Assembly (NCBI GenBank): GCA_038087875.1
Contig: CM075990.1
Location: 6,324,001-6,388,000, forward strand
Reading direction: 5' to 3'
From: Malacoraja senta
Lineage: Eukaryota
DNA: 64,000 bases
Numbering within the stretch: the stretch's first letter is position 1; each line of letters opens with the position of its first letter. This document shows positions 27,901-42,900 of this stretch, in pieces. The notes beneath the pieces are model-generated. The model made no database searches. It saw only the letters and a program-made list of their open reading frames with translations, and was not told the DNA's origin. A program made the translations under genes and the position numbers.

Positions 27901-30900
27901 TCCATCTTGATTGTCAAATCCAACTTCTCATAGGCAGATTTTAACTAATTGTACAACATTAATTTGTAAATCGTCCCCATAGCTTAATGAATTCAAAGAT
28001 CAAAGATTTATTTTGTACATATTATGTTTTTTTCATTCTACAATTAGTGTAATGTTAAGGGTAAATATATGAAGATTGACAAATGGAAGCCCGATTTCAG
28101 TTCTTTTTCATTAGCTGCTTGGGAGGCTATATTGTGTTAAATACTTTCTTTGGTGCCACTTATAGAGTCATAGAGTCACTTTAAGTGAGTTCCATCCCGT
28201 AGGTCACTTGCTTGTGTAGCTTTAAATTTTATTTTAGCCTCCAAGTACCATCACAGCTTTATTTAATTACAAAAAATTATTACTTTAAAAATTGAGCTTG
28301 CTATAATGTTCCATGTTTTATAGTATTAACCTTAATATTTCTCATGATGGACCAATTGAAACGGTTATAGTCCATAATTAAAACTGTGTTGTCTTATGTT
28401 ATAAGATTATTACAATTAATAGCAGTAGAATGAATTTCTTATTTAGAATATTTAAGAAATATTAATAAATAAGGATGTTAATGTTTATAATGCAAATTTA
28501 ACAATCTCAGGAAAACAAATAAAAAAATGGCTAGCACAAGACAAATAAAGCTATGAGTATAGAAAACTGTGAACTGCCCTCTTGTTAATGTCACAGGGTT
28601 TAATCACGTCATTATAGCTTACATCTATTGCTCTTCTGATGTCTCGCTTGCCATGTCAGCCGAGGTATAACGCAAAACCTCCATTCTGTCAGCTAGCAAC
28701 CAGCTCAAATCCTGAATAACAAGTCATTATAATAAAGTATTCCAGTTTAATTTTACATTAATTTCTTCTCTTGTTCAAACTTATAGACCTGCTTACAAAT
28801 CAAATTCTTACTCGTGCCCAGCTGCATGTGATTATTATGAAAGCTGAATGCCGAAATGGCTAATTCTATTTAATTTCAGTTTCTGACTGTGACCGAGTCC
28901 TTTTCTTCCTTAGTTACTGTCAGATTGTACATTTGTCGATTTTGACAAGATAGCGAAGGGAAAAAGGTCAACTCTGAAATAATCAGGCAGCGCTGGCAGC
29001 GAGATGGTGGGTTGAAGCTGGTGCGCGCTGGCTGTGCTGTCGGCTTTGCTTTTGTTACTCTGATGAGAAGCTGACTGTTTGCATCCACACCTGGTAGTTG
29101 ACGTGGCCAGTAGGATGCCACATCCAGCAAAACCTTTCAATCATGTCTATGTACCATGAATATAATCAAAGCAATGATGCTGTCAGCTTATATACAATGC
29201 ACCTCCAACTCCAAATTGATGGCCTGTTTACAGGCTGCACGTCCTGGTCATTTTAAATCAGCCTTATTACCAAGATATCAGCATGTTACTCTATATCAGG
29301 AACTGCAGAATGCAAATGTTGACCATGAATCCATCAGTGTAGAGGCAGGAATCATGAAGTGGCATGTAAGGAAACCAGTGATATCTTCACACATGCCCGT
29401 CACAATTCAGGAAAGGCAACTTGTATTATATTTCATCTCTCTTGGTTCATTCTCTACATTGTCTACATAAATGTTTAGCAAAGCAGAATTTTATGAACCC
29501 TGACAAAGATTTTATATCAAGTTGTCCAAATATTTAAATACGATTCACAAAAAGGAAAAATAATATTAATTGGACAATCATTTACTCATTGTTTCTCTGA
29601 TTTTTTGTTAAAGCTTTCAATCTATATGTCCAATCAATTTTATAACCGAATATAGACATTACCAGTGAATGTTTAATGTGAGTGGATTGATTCATGTCCG
29701 TTTCATAATCTTGAAATAGTTAGAATAAGCAATATATATATATATTCCACGAACATGGAAAACATGTACTGGCAACTGCTAAAAGTTTTATGGAAAAAAA
29801 CCATTTTCCTGCAGTGACTGAAATTATTTGAGTGATTGGAGTCTTAAATGTTAATGATTATACCGAGTAATTTTAACCAAAGCAAACAGTTGGAATGCTA
29901 ATCAATAAATGAGGAGAAACAGGGTGGAGACTTAAAACCATTGTTTTTCTTAATATTGTCAATTTCCCAACTCAATGGGTTAGGTCAAAATTAGCCCTAA
30001 ATAGTTATCACCATTATTTATGTATTTATTTATTTAACATATTTTAGAGTAGGTACATAAACTACATTTTATCGATACATAATTTACATTTATATAAATA
30101 TTTATTGTAAGATTTGTTACAAAAACTATAATGATAGGTTTTTTTAAAGAGTAAATGCAGATAAGCAATTCCTGTTTTATTTTAATCCAATTATTCTTAA
30201 TCAGGCAATTTAAATGGACATTAAGGATTATTTTCAGACAATTATTGATGAAGCTTTTTCCCATTGATAAAAGGGAATAAATATCTGCTCAGCACAGGAT
30301 AGAAGGGAATAAACAGGAATATAATAAATTGCTGGTTTCATGCTGTGGAAAGCTTTTGGTCAGAAAAGTCTCGACCCAAAACGTCACCTATTCATTTTCT
30401 CCAGAGATGCTGGCTGACCCACTGAGTTACTCCATCTTTTATCTTCTTCATGAATTTTCAATTACTTACTTTGGAAATATTTCAGGACTTTGTCTCAAAT
30501 GAGTTAGGTGGAATACATGTTAAAATTTATGTTGTTTAATTTCATAAAACAAATGATCATCATTTGGTAACCACATGATTTACTATCATCCATTTAATGC
30601 CCAAAATAAATCTCAAATTGACTGCTGTGTATGTGTGTTTAAGATTTACCTTGCTGTCAATTGAATGATAAACTACAAACTAAAACTTATGTTAGCACTT
30701 GAAGTAAACCATACTGAAATATTTACAGGAACCAACTGAAAAACAGCTGTTAACACATATACTACTTTAATAAAATTATTGGCTGCGAACAGATCAGCCG
30801 AACCCCATTTTATGGATTTTTTCCACTGATAGTTAAGTCTATATCTCTTACTTGCTTATAGTTTTTTTTTATATTAATGATATGATGATCATAAAAGCAA

Positions 30901-33900
30901 TCTTATAACCCTTTGAAAAATCATGTAACCCTGAAGTTGCTACTCAAAGCTAATTAGGAAATATTGTCGTTTTTCAGAGGCTAAGAACATAAACCTGATC
31001 GCAAACAAGGTATGCAGCAAAGGTAGAATTCTTTATTCATCCAAACACTATTTGTCCCTTGAGATGAAAGATCACATACTTGCTATTATTAAATATTTTA
31101 TCTAGATAGACACATTTCATAAATTCTAGGAGCAGAAATCTATCAAGTCGACTCAACCATTTAACCATAGCTGATCTATCTTACTCTCTCAACCCCATTT
31201 TCACCTGCCTTTGCCCTTTAACCCCACATCCCTCATTCCACATCCCTCGCCATCCACAGTTGTGCATTTCATGCAATCTGTTGCACGCTTCAAACACAAG
31301 TCAACTTATGTGTTTCATGTTTTACATTTAGAACTGAGATTAGAAGGATAAACAAGTAGCTAAAATTATCAGGAACTGTGTGTTGAGCAGTTACCGGTAA
31401 GCATGTTTGGGATTGATCCAAAGATAAAAGTGTTGGAACAGTTTTTGACAAAGCAGTTAAGAACTCAGTTTTAAAGTGTCATCAGATGAATGACGCAAAG
31501 CCTGTTAACAGATTTGACAGTAAAATCAAAAAAATGTAATTACCTCAATGTTTTTTTAATCAAATAATTTACTGATGCTTTGACTTTTATCAGAAATTAA
31601 TACCTACCTCCTGCACAGACACTTGATGGTTCAACTGATAGAATTTCAATGCAAGATTTCTTAAGAATCTGTTAAGACAGTAAGTATGAAAATATTTTGG
31701 TGCTTATTTGTGATTTGAACAACAGAGAGATTTTTTAAAAAGCAGTCTTTTTACATTCATTTTTTCTGAATAAACTGAAGAAAAATATTTTCTTTATCAA
31801 TTTCATCAGCACCACTGTAGAAAAAAGCCACCATGCTTTGGACCTACCGAATCAATAATGCTTCCTAATGCTTGAAATCCGCCCGTTACTGGGAACACAT
31901 GATTGATGCTGTCAGCAATTCTGGCTAACTAGAAAAGAAAGTCTTTGGTTAGATAATAATTAAATTGAGGCACACTGCCGGTTCTTTTCCCATTATTCAG
32001 TGGAGTTTACAATGAACACTTGAAACAAAACATACAAATAATATGCATGTATTTTTAAGCTACATCGCTGCACAAAAGTCCAAACAAAATATGTTGCAAG
32101 TAGGATTTCATGACATGTCATTTCTTGGCCCATTGGCACTGCACTGCTAAGAGCATTGCCAATACTTACTAGAGTTCATTAGCACATCATCATGCCCTGC
32201 AAACCATCTACAAAGATGTTTTTTTTTAAATTTATACTTGTTTTTTTGTAGCATCCAGAAAATTTGAATGATTCAATGCTAATTTATGTTTTTTGTATAA
32301 CTACCAATGTGGAAAAGAATACACAAACTTTGTAGCATCATTCCTGCAAAATAGAAATCATCTCTTTGCATGCTTGTCTTTTTGCAATATTTTCAGTGAT
32401 TGCCTGAAGTACACGTTAACTCTCTCAATGCATTCACTGAGAAAAATTACTGCGTCAATAATCCTGTATTAGGTCTTAAATGATGAAGGTCGCTAAAACA
32501 GGAACATAGTGGCTAAAGCACAATAGAGGGATAGAGTAGAGAAAACACGGTTAACTATCAACATCTCTCTTCAGTGGTGTGCCGTTAGTGATCTTTGAAA
32601 ATTTGACTTTGGATAAATAAATTTCAAAACAATGTACATTGTACCTGAGTTTCATTGAAATCTTTCACACCAACGCAATAAATTGTAGCTCCATAACTTC
32701 TTGCTCTTTCAGCCTATGCAAAAAGATATTTGTTAAATTTTGCTGGTGCTAGAGATAAACTAAGACTTTCTTTGTTTAATAGCTATAAGTACTTACTTCA
32801 GCTTGTGTGCGGTCATACACGTTTTCAATTAATTCCCCATCTGTCAATGCAATGATGACACTAGCAGCTCGAAGTCCTGTGATTGTGGAATCACAATTAA
32901 TATTTTTTCTAATATATACTTTTTTAATGGCAGCTAATAACTCACCTTCCTCTGTTCCCGCCATCCTTGCAACTCAAAATCTCAAAAACAATTGCAGACT
33001 TTTAGAGATACAGCGCAGAGACACCTTCGGCCCACCAAGACTGAGCTGACCAGCGATCACCTCGTCCACTAACACTGTCCTACACACTAGGGACAATTTA
33101 CGATTTTACCAAAACCAATTAACCTTCAAACCTGGATGTCTTTGGAGTGTGGGAGGAAACTGGAGAAAACCACGGGGTCACAGGGCAAACATACAAACTC
33201 CATATGGACAGCACCTGTAGTCAGCATCAAACCCAAGTCTCTGGCATTGTAAGACAGCTCCTCTATCGCCACGTTACTGTGCCGCCCTATAGTTTAGACC
33301 AACTAAGTTAAGGGAAATTAACATGAATAATTCAAACAGATTTTCTGTATGCTTTTCCATTTGTTAAATAAGAGATCAGAAATTGAAATTGAAAATTTAT
33401 CTTACCATTGGGAAGATTACTTTGTCAACTTTGATAAAGTAAAATACTTTCTTAGCAATCTAATTACTGAACTAATATTAATTTACTTGGAAAGTGACTA
33501 GTATGTGTACAAAATAGAGTGAATGAAGATCATAAAGGAATGTTTGAAGGAGTTTAAATAGGGAGCATCTCTTAGTATATATTTCATCTGTTCATCTCTT
33601 CTGTTGCAAAGTCAGACTTTACTTACTGCTGTTAATACTTTGTGTAGGCTATCCATATAGGGAATGACTTTCTGCACTCATCACCAGCCCAAAGCTACCA
33701 AAAAAACTATGACCCACATACAAGATGTGGGTCAACATTATTACCAGTCGCAAAGGTCCTATCTCTCCAGTTCTATGTCTGATGATCCCCCCCCATCAGA
33801 CTCTGTTTTATTATTCATCTCTCAAAAATGATATTTCGGTATTGATGCCTTCCTAATCATCAAAGATCTTTAAAATGTTAACTCTGAGACCTTTATTATA

Positions 33901-36900
33901 GTCATGAAGCACTTTGATGGCAGAAAAGTTTCTGATTTCCCTTCTATAATTTAAAATAGAATAATTTCCGGTGCTGGTTTTTTGGACTCCAGTTGTGTTA
34001 ATGTGCAGTGGCAGCACCGTGTATAAAAGTCAACGCGCATTAAAATCAAATTTCCCGCTCTCTGGGGAGCTGCAGTGACTTATGGGGGATATTACAAGAA
34101 GCATAAAATGTGATTTTAATATGTACTGACTTTTTCATGCGCTGCCACTGTTGCGCACTAAAGTGATCGTGTAGTGGGAGACTGAGAATTAAATTATTTT
34201 AATTAGGACGTACAATGTAAATCAGAATATTTTCTTGAAACAAAGCAAATTCTACGTAAGGTCAATGGTCCCAAGTTGGACAGTATTAAAAAAAACTCCA
34301 CGTATTAGAAAGAAGACGGCTGCCAAATGGGATTATGAGAAATCCAGACAGAATTGCCAGACAATCAGAAATTACATTGAGATTCTTGGTACCACTGTTG
34401 TAGTTGTCTGTGTTCGACAATGGGCTCTGATCGGGTGTATTGCATGTGACTACAGTCATTTCTAATACTGTGGTTGCATATTGTGTTGTACGTTGACAAA
34501 TAATGTATAGACCTCAACGTCAGAGCATTCGAAGCACAATATAGGAAGTGTAGATATAAATGTTCAGTTTTTTGCTTGTCCTCCATTGGTTTAACTCCAG
34601 CTACTGGAACATATAACTGCCTATTAGGTCAACGAATACAGGCCCAGTGACCAGATACAACATTGGCAAGTCCCAATAATACCTTACTACATGTAAAACG
34701 AGACCTGATGCCAAACTTCAAGTAATGCCAAAGATTTCTTGCAGTCTATATAGTAATCTGCACACCTGATCACTTTCCATGCTTTTGAGATTTACCAACT
34801 TTAATTGTGTCATTTAGAAAGTCTCAAATAAATCCCATAAACCTGTTGTCAAAGAGTGGGTGTAGAAAATAAATAATGCACTGTCAACAATGGCAACTAC
34901 AAAATATTGGCAGAGATCTGGGAACTATCCATTTGTTTACTTTATTGGCCATGTCTGATGGTCTACCAGGCCGGGGAGAAGAGACAGAAAAGGGCATTAA
35001 TATTAGTGTATGTGTAAAGCAAAGTCAGAAAAATACATTTTTTTTAAAGAAAAGGCACAGAATAATATCCTTATGTGAATGATAGATGTAGGTATACTGC
35101 ACCTAACAAGTCCTTAACACGTAAAACAAAAGCAGGTTGAAAATATCAGTTAGAAGAGCATCGACAACTTGCACTTATATTGTACTCTTGAAGTTGTATT
35201 AAGGAAATAAAGCCATTTTTTGAGTTACAAATGGTGATCAAAATTTGTTGATGATGGATTTTAAGAATAGGCTGAATGGAGGAAAAATATTCAGGTAGCT
35301 CCTTGTGATGGGCTGAGGAAGAATTAACCTGAGGCCTAATTCAGAATAGATGGGTGTGAGGGTCAAGATTGAAGCAGAGGAAGGTACAAAATTAAGAATC
35401 CTATGACGGGATTTAAGCACATCTATGTGGATCAGATATGGTCACAAAGAAAGAAGGTTACTGATTACCTGAGTAGTGTTCATGATAAATCTGTTCAGTT
35501 GCCTGTAGTGAAATGAAAGAGAATGACTATAAAATGAAAGTAAACTATTCATCATTGACAATGCGTTCTCATAACAGACGGGCTTGTATTAAATGATAAA
35601 GAACAGAACTTGATGTATAAATTGTACCTTCCTGAAGCCCTCGTGCATAAATGTATCCCCTCCTGGCAATTCATTTCGTAGGGTTTGAAGCCCTCTGCGG
35701 ATAGTTTCCCTTTAATTGATACACAATTATTTAGCAACACCTTATATAGACTCTTTAATATAGCAAAATATCACTATATCTTTTGCAGAGGCTTATCAAA
35801 TAAAATTATATTCAAAGAAACACTAAATCAAATCATATGTTAAAATCATTTAGTATACAAAATCATGAGAGGAATAGATTGGGTAGATGCACAGAGTCTT
35901 TTGCCCAGTGTAGGGGAATCGAGGACCAGGGGACATAGGTTCAAGGTGAAGGGGAAAAGATTTAATAGGAATCCAAGGGGTAACATTTTCACACAAAGGG
36001 TGGTGGGTTTTGAAACAAGCTGCCAGAGGAGGAAGTTGAGGCTGGGACTATCCCATCGTTTAAGAAACAGGTAGACAGGTACATGGATAGGACAGGTTTG
36101 GAGGGATATGGACCAAGAGCAGGCAAGTGGGACTAATGTAGCTGGGACATTGTTGGTGGTGTGGGCGAGTTGGGCCAAAGGGCCTGTTTCCACACTGTAT
36201 CACTCTATGACTTTATGACTCCATATTTATAGTTTCATCCTAAATGAAAATCAAAAAATTGCAGATGTTGCAAAATCTAATTTAAGATCCGAAAATGCAA
36301 CAAAAAAAAACCGCAGTAAGTCAAGCAGCATCTGTGGATAGAGAACCAAAAAATATGTTTCAGGTCAAAGACTTCATCAGAAGTGAAAAAGAGCGAAAAT
36401 AATTTACATTTTAAGTTGGAAAAATGGTGAGGAAAGAATACATAGTTCAAAGCAAAGCTCTCTGATAAGACAAGCCCAGGAATGCTATTGCAGTAAGCAG
36501 TTGGTAGGATATGCAGGGAAGATAGAGCAGGCAAAAATAAACAAAGCAATATGGCAAAGATGTGAAATGCAGATCAGGGGTGTAGGACATGCCCAGCAGA
36601 TCAGATAGTATTAGTGACGAGAAAGGAACTGAATTAATATTACAAATGGATAATATACAACAGAACCAGTTCTGATACAGAAAGAGATAGCAAGTTACCT
36701 GAAATCATTTAAATTGATATTAAGTCAGAAAGGCTACAAAATGCCCAGAGAGAAGATGCGAAGCCATTCCTCCAACCTATGTTTAGCCTTATAAGTACAA
36801 TAAATGAGGCCACAGACAGATAGGTCGTGGGAGAGTGATGTAGAATTAAAATGACAATCGTCTCCTGTCAGCGCTTGCTGCAACACAGCAACCAAACGAC

Positions 36901-39900
36901 TTCACAAACATTTTATCACCAGGGAAACTCTAGTTTGCTCCATCAACACATTGGTTTTGTCCTTGTCATTTCTTTCTCATCTTCTCTGCAGGTTAAAACT
37001 GACTTGCTTTCTCTTGAGCTCTGAACAAAGGGGCTTCCACCAGAAATATTTATTCCATTTTTCTTTTCATAGATTCTGTCTAATCTACTAAGAGTTTTCA
37101 GCAATTTTTTTTATCATTTGACCTAGTTTTTATATTGATATCCGGTCAAAGCAGTTGTTTCGCTAGATATTCCTTTGTACTTTATTTCACAAGATCAGAA
37201 AGGAAGAGTTTAGTAAAATAAGGTGACTAGTAATGGCATAACTATGCACAATTTTCCATCTTATCAAATCTGTTCTTATTATGTACTTACATACTCTATT
37301 CCAATATTTACCTATCAGCAGTCAGACTCATCAAAGTTGTACTTTGTGCAGAAAAAACGATAAATGACATCCGTAGCAGAGGACTGAAAGAAGTTAAATG
37401 TAAGTTAAGTCATATATTTAGCTAATATATTTAACAGTAATAATGTTAAAGTGATTTATTGATACCTTAAAAATTTTTCAGCAAGATCTTCGACAAAAGA
37501 ATATATTTCTATCCAATGGTTTGTAACACTTCCAGACCTGAGAAAAAATACAATTAACAATTATTCCCACAAATACTGGAAAGTTTTATACAACTTGAGT
37601 AACTGTCCTTTAAGTTCTTAAATCACCTGACTCCTTAATTGTATGTAGTATCTCAGATATGCACAAGTATTGACAGGTGATTGTTGTTAAACTCAACTGA
37701 GTTTGGCTCGGTTATCAAAAAAATGGGATACATAGGGCTCAGCAAAACCAGCAGCAAAAAACAAAGCACATGTTAGCACTGATGAACTAAATCAATTTCT
37801 ACCTCAGGATCTGGTCATTTTCATTTTACTTGGCTGTACACAACTTGGGTTCAATGTTTAATTTAATTTTACTTTTATTCAGACATAGTATATGAATGTA
37901 GCAAATGAGACAGGTATTCATAATTGCTGATTAAGTACCAAGATTTAGACTCAGATAAAATATGGTGATAAATTACCAAGTCAGGATGGTGTGGAATATT
38001 AAAAGGACCTTTTGTGTGGTAAGGTTCTCAACTGTTTTCCCCCCTTATTCTTCTAGACAACAGAAGTCACAGTTTGAAGATGCTATTGAAAAAGCATTGG
38101 CAAGTTCTTAAGGTGCATACTGTAGATGGTATTTATTGTACCACATTATGCTGGTGGTGGAGTAAGTGAATATTTGATCAGTAGACTGGGCGATGTTCAG
38201 CGACTCGGCAAGGGACCTGAACAAATATTTGTGATGGTTGTTACTGACTTCATAAGTAAATGTGTGGTGAGGTGTGTTGCCACCAAAACCATCCAACTGT
38301 TCCCATCCAAGTGTTCCCACCAAACCATCCAAGTTTTACCGTAGCCTCGGATGAACCAGGAGGTCCACATTCTTCTGAGGACCAGATTTGGGGTATTTAA
38401 GTCCGGCGAAGTAGATTCATACACGGAGTCCGCGTATAACTTCATTAAGGCCATTAAAAATGCTAAAAGGAAATTTTACTCTAAATTGGAGGATGAGATG
38501 GACATTCGGCAGCTGTGGCAGGGCTTGCCACAGCTCAGCTCCCTTATTCATCTCCTACAAGGCAAAATCAAGTGGCAGCTCAAGCGACCATTTACTATTT
38601 CAAAAATTTCTCAATTATCAAAAAAAATCATAGAAGCTGTTGCTTTATAGAAGATGCAGAAGAATAACAGCAGATACCAATGAACTGCTTACTAAGTGCC
38701 AGGACCACTAACTCACCTGGTACACTTCATTGCACTACAATGCTGAGATCTATATTCTGCACACTGTATCTTTCCCTTCACTCTACCTAATGTACTTGAT
38801 TGTAGTTATGTATAGTATTATCCGATCTGATCGGATAGCATGCAAAATAAAGCTTTTTCCTGCACATGTGGGAATAATAATCCAAACATAAACCTTAAAG
38901 TCTTCACCCAAACAAAACTAATGAGTTGAATTTCAGAGTAAATTTAGGGTGATAACTTTGACATCAAGCCAGTACTAGCAGAATTTTACTTTAAGATCAC
39001 CTAGTAAAATTGAAATTAATGGGAATTTAGAAAAGCTGTCTATAGTTACACTCATTTAGAGCACAAAGGAAGACGGTTGTGGTGTTTGGAGGCCAATCAA
39101 TTCAACGCCTGCCATCGCTGGAGGAGTTCCTTATGGTAACTAACTTCAATCGCTCTTCACTCCATCACTGGTTAGAAATGGCAATATTCATTGATGATTG
39201 CAGAATGTTCAATTCCACAATAGAAATAAGCAAGACCTCTGTGACATTGAGGGTTGTACTGATAAATTAGAAATAGCATTTGATCTACTAGGGGGGTTCC
39301 CAACCTTTTTCATCCCGTTTACCTCTGGCAACTTTAACAGCACATAACAATGTTATTTCACTTATTTACGAACAACTAATGATGAACAGATACCAGAACC
39401 AAACACAGTTATTCAATGAGAAAAAATATGTACAAATCCATAATCAACCAATTTATCCCCTGGGTAGGTGAAATTTACCCCAGGTTGGGAACCCTTGATC
39501 TACTCAAATGCAGGACAGGATGCAGGCTGTTAATCCTACCAATTCAATCAAGGTCCGATGAATGTTCAACAGGTGTTCTAGGGAGAATAAGGTCAAGTAC
39601 ATGCTTTCTGTATTATAACAGTGATTATATTTCACAAGTATTTCATTAACTGTGAGTACTGACACCGGGAACACAATAGATATTAAGAATGTGTCAAATC
39701 CTTTGATTAAGGACCTGTAACATTAACTGTTTCCTTCCATAGATTCTGCCTGATATGTACCATCTGCAGTTTATCGATTTTCACTTACTATTAAAATCTT
39801 TCTTCCTATATAAAGTGGGAAAACACCAATGAGCTAAAACTGCTCAGAGAAACCAATGATTTATTATCCTAATGAATGACTTCTCACAATAGCAAAAGCT

Positions 39901-42900
39901 ATTAATTCCAAAAAATCCACATGTAAAATCTATGTATGATTATTTTGTCATAGATCACAAATACACACTACCGATATGAAGAAGAGAATGAACCCTCCCA
40001 AGTGCGATTAGCAATATCCTTACTGTAAATACCACCAAATATAGGAAGGGTCTGAGGAAGGGTCTCTACCCGAAACGTCGCCTATTTCCTTCGCTCCATA
40101 GATGCTGCCTCACCCGCTAAATGTGTCCAGCATTTTTGTCTACCTTCGATTTTCCAGCATCTGCAGTTCCTTCTTAACCAAATATAGATTAGTTGTTTGT
40201 TGCTCCATTAAGATTTTACAATGCCCAATATAACTTATATAAGGCATTATATAGGGTGGCACAGTGTCACAAAAAAGAGTTGCTGCCTCACAGCACCAGA
40301 GACTTGGGTTTGATCCTGACTATGGGTGCTGTCTGTGCAGAGTTTGTGTACATTCTTCCTGTAACCACATGGGTTTACTCTGGATGTTCCAGTTTCCATC
40401 TACATTCCTAAGATGTGCAGGTGTGTAGGTTAATTGGCTTCTGTAAATTGCCCTTAATGTGTAGTATGCAAAAATGGGATTACATAAAAGTGTACACTAG
40501 TGTGATCTACGGGTGATCGATGGTCGGTGTGGACTCAGTCGGCTGTCGGGCCTGTTTCCACGCTGTATCTCTAAAAAACTACCAAATCCGTTTACATACC
40601 AGGCCACTGTATTTCAAAATAATTCATCATATGTGAAAACCTGTAGAAATTTCCAAGTAATAAGATGAAGCTATATGAATGATTCTTTTTCATAACTACT
40701 TATTACAAAAGAAGTGGAAAATAGGTAATGGTATGAGGAGAGGAATGGAGATTCACATGAACAGCTGTGTGGTGCCACACACGATGGTGTTGGAGTCTGG
40801 AAGAGCATACTTCCAGACATCTTGAATCTGGAGATACATTAGACTGCACGTGTTGGAATCTGGAGCAGAAACAAATTGCTGGAGGAATGGGACAAGGCCA
40901 CAACCTTAATTGTTGACCATCCTATTACCTCCACAGATGTTGCTTGATGCATTGAGTTCCTCCAGCTATTTGGTTTTTCTATTGAATCTGGAGTTATTTT
41001 CCAGATATGAATCCCACAAGTCCATGGGGAGAACTTAGACCACTGAGTTGTCTGTAGAAGTATAGTTTTGTACATTACAATATCAGGGAGACTTATGCCT
41101 GAGGTTTTGTATAAGAAGGAAACTAGAACTATGAATAGTCCTAGAGATTGAAGACTCAGAGACAGCACAAATGGCTTATAATTTAAACCTTTTGACAGAT
41201 CTGTGGTCTTGGAGCACTTGGGAGCAAAGGCGAAAAGGCAGCAGCGAGAGATGCTGAAATTTACAGTAATCTATGAAGGTTTTGGGTGACTGTTTGGGAT
41301 GAGATACTGAGTGATTTGAAGATCCAGGAAGAAATCAAAACCAGGGATGAGAGAATGATTGAAATGTCAACATTAATCCATCGTTAGCAAGGAATCCTGA
41401 AAAGAGGCATGGTAGTTTAGGGAAGGGTCAATCAAAAACTGGGAACTAAGGCAGTTTATAGCGATTGGGAAAATAATTCACTGCCCTGAAGACTAAGAGA
41501 ATTTGCTGAAAGCTTTTTGGAAGAAAGGAAAATGTAACATGCCCAAATACACAACTGGAAATGAGGTCCTCCACATGGTCTAAATGCCCAAAGATGCAAC
41601 AAAAAAGTGAATCTTTTATGTGGAGAATTTGAGATGATTGAAATTAATGTTTATAACTCTGAATGCACCCTGGGGTTCAGATGGAAGGGAGGCATTGAGA
41701 AAGTTTTGGACAATGTGTAACGTGCGCATAAGATTATGGGCAGTTCCAAGTCTTTTTTTACAGGTATTTCAATCTTTAATGTGTTTATCCTAATCTGATT
41801 ATTTTCAAAGAAGAGCAAATAATTTTCCTAGAATGCTGGATGATCCCTTAAAATCTTTTCAGACTGACTGCATTTTAAGGATTGATAGGATGTTGGCCGC
41901 ACCTGTGTTGCCATCAGGGCTGCACATGTGAACCACAATATATATGTGAAATAAATCATGAATGGCTGAATACCCAAAGGAATTCCATCCTTCCTTGGTA
42001 TACATTGTGCATTTGTATCAAAATCCAAAGCTCAAAGGGAACATACATTGCAAATAACTAGAAATAGAAGTTATCATAAATAGAAGATAAACACAAAATG
42101 CTGGAGTAACTCAGCGGGACAGGCAGCATCTCTGGAGAGAAGGAATGGGTGTCGCTATGGGTCGAGACCCTTCTTCAGACTGAAGAGGGGCCTCGACCCG
42201 ACCCTAAGTTCTCCCCATGGACTTATAGGATTCAAATCTGGAAAAGAACTCGATTCAATAGAAAAAACAAATAGCTGGAGGAACTCAACACATCAAGCAA
42301 CATCTGCGGAGGTAATTTGATGATCAACATTTAAGGTTGTGGCCTTGTATCAGGTTTGACTATTTCTCCAGCAGTTAGTTTCAGTGCTATGGGTCGAGAT
42401 CCTTCTTCAGACTGAAGAAGGGTCTCGACCCAAAACGTCACCCATTCCTTCTCTCCAGAGATGCTGCCTTGTCCCGCTGAGTTACTCCTGCACTTTGTGT
42501 CTATCTTCGGTGGAAACTAGTATCTGCAGTTGCTTGCTACACCATTGTCATATTCTTGATTAATAAAAAACAGCAAACTGTTCCAAAATTGTGATCAGAT
42601 GTTGGGAATCTGTAAATTTGATCAGTCTGTGTCAATGCAAGGAGCAAGGCTTGGACTGAGTTTTTTCCATGCATGGGTTATCTACATGGGTTAAAATTGT
42701 AACAAGAATTGGAATGATAGTTTACAATATACAAGAAAATGTGGTCATGTGATAAATTTTGAACGAGAAGTATTTCTAACATAATTTATATTAGTTTTGT
42801 CCTCAAAACGCTGGCCTTGTAGGCATATTCTACTCCACTTAACATAAAACAATAAATATTCTAATCCCACCTTGCAGGAGAACTGCATGATTATACATTG

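Noticed and set aside
29058-29090. Hammerhead at CTGATGAGAAGC
   Set aside because: No closing stem II followed by GAAA.
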